From the NCBI GenBank assembly GCA_051294905.1, contig CM119384.1, positions 24,738,001 to 24,802,000 of the forward strand: DNA of 64,000 nucleotides. Reading direction: 5' to 3'. Shown here one piece after another: positions 63,516 to 64,000 of the stretch. The DNA is from Botryllus schlosseri (taxonomy: Eukaryota). Under the pieces are notes generated by a model. The model searched no databases and had not been told where the DNA came from. It saw nothing but the letters and a program-made list of their open reading frames with translations. The position numbers and the translations under genes are program-made. Each line of letters opens with the position of its first letter. Within the stretch, counting starts at the first letter, position 1.

Positions 63516-64000
63516 GTAAGGACATTTTGCTGACCCTCGTAATTCGTTATCTATCCATGTCGTATTGTACCGGTTATATATTTGTTTGGAACCTCCATTG
63601 GTCGCATCGCATCATCCGAAACATGTGGTGCAAATCTAGGCGCGTTAGTGGAAATGACCCATCCGTGACGTCGTGATCAAAACGCAGCATTGTCACAAAG
63701 TGCAATGAAATAGGCTTGGTTGAGAAGGAGTCAAATTCACTTTCATCGATGTAGAACAGGCAATAAATTGTTTGTGGTCGCATAAAGGTACATATTTAAA
63801 CTTTCAACATTTTTCATATTGCCATATTACGTCTTAATGAATGATACTGTGCTGGCCTCGATTTAAAATCGTATCAGCAGGTAATCGATTTTTCCCAGCC
63901 TTAATATCGACCAGGGTTGGGGTGAACGTGATATTCACGTTCGGGTTCTGCGTTCGAACCTCAGAAATTTAGAGGTTCACGTTCGCAAACGAACTTTGAT

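Overview
This is AT-rich, intron-containing animal DNA, probably from an invertebrate chordate such as an ascidian (inference); it has no prokaryotic features. (1) + strand, 36372-56079: ten GT-AG exons encode the C-terminal ~565 aa (Nup96 part) of the NUP98-NUP96 nucleoporin precursor. The first of these exons is internal, and no upstream Nup exon was recognised in 1-36371. (2) - strand, 1.5-30.4 kb: four IL-17-receptor-like gene copies from two paralogues, called X and Y here. Each has a signal peptide, a C-x3-C-x10-DG-x4-C-x-V motif, an FnIII-like NIxWKQ exon and a TM exon; three end in a SEFIR exon. They come from a head-to-tail duplication of a 16-18 kb unit (A 2184-20223, B 20254-36282) and probably lie antisense inside a very large NUP98-96 intron. 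Y-A can be spliced into a fully open ~514-aa receptor. Y-B lost its SEFIR exon at the duplication junction and is decaying. Both X copies keep open TM and SEFIR exons but have disrupted ectodomain sequence. (3) DNA transposons are dense, most with verifiable TIRs and TSDs: hAT-type MITEs, Tc1/mariner-type MITEs, a Chapaev3-like relic, a ~600-bp-arm foldback nested in another hAT element, and a 2.8-kb hAT element carrying an unidentified decayed ORF. (4) At 63185 a TATA-preceded secreted-protein gene begins, and its downstream sequence may be a decayed IL-17-like cytokine (speculative). All homology calls are by-eye motif recognition; no database search was run.
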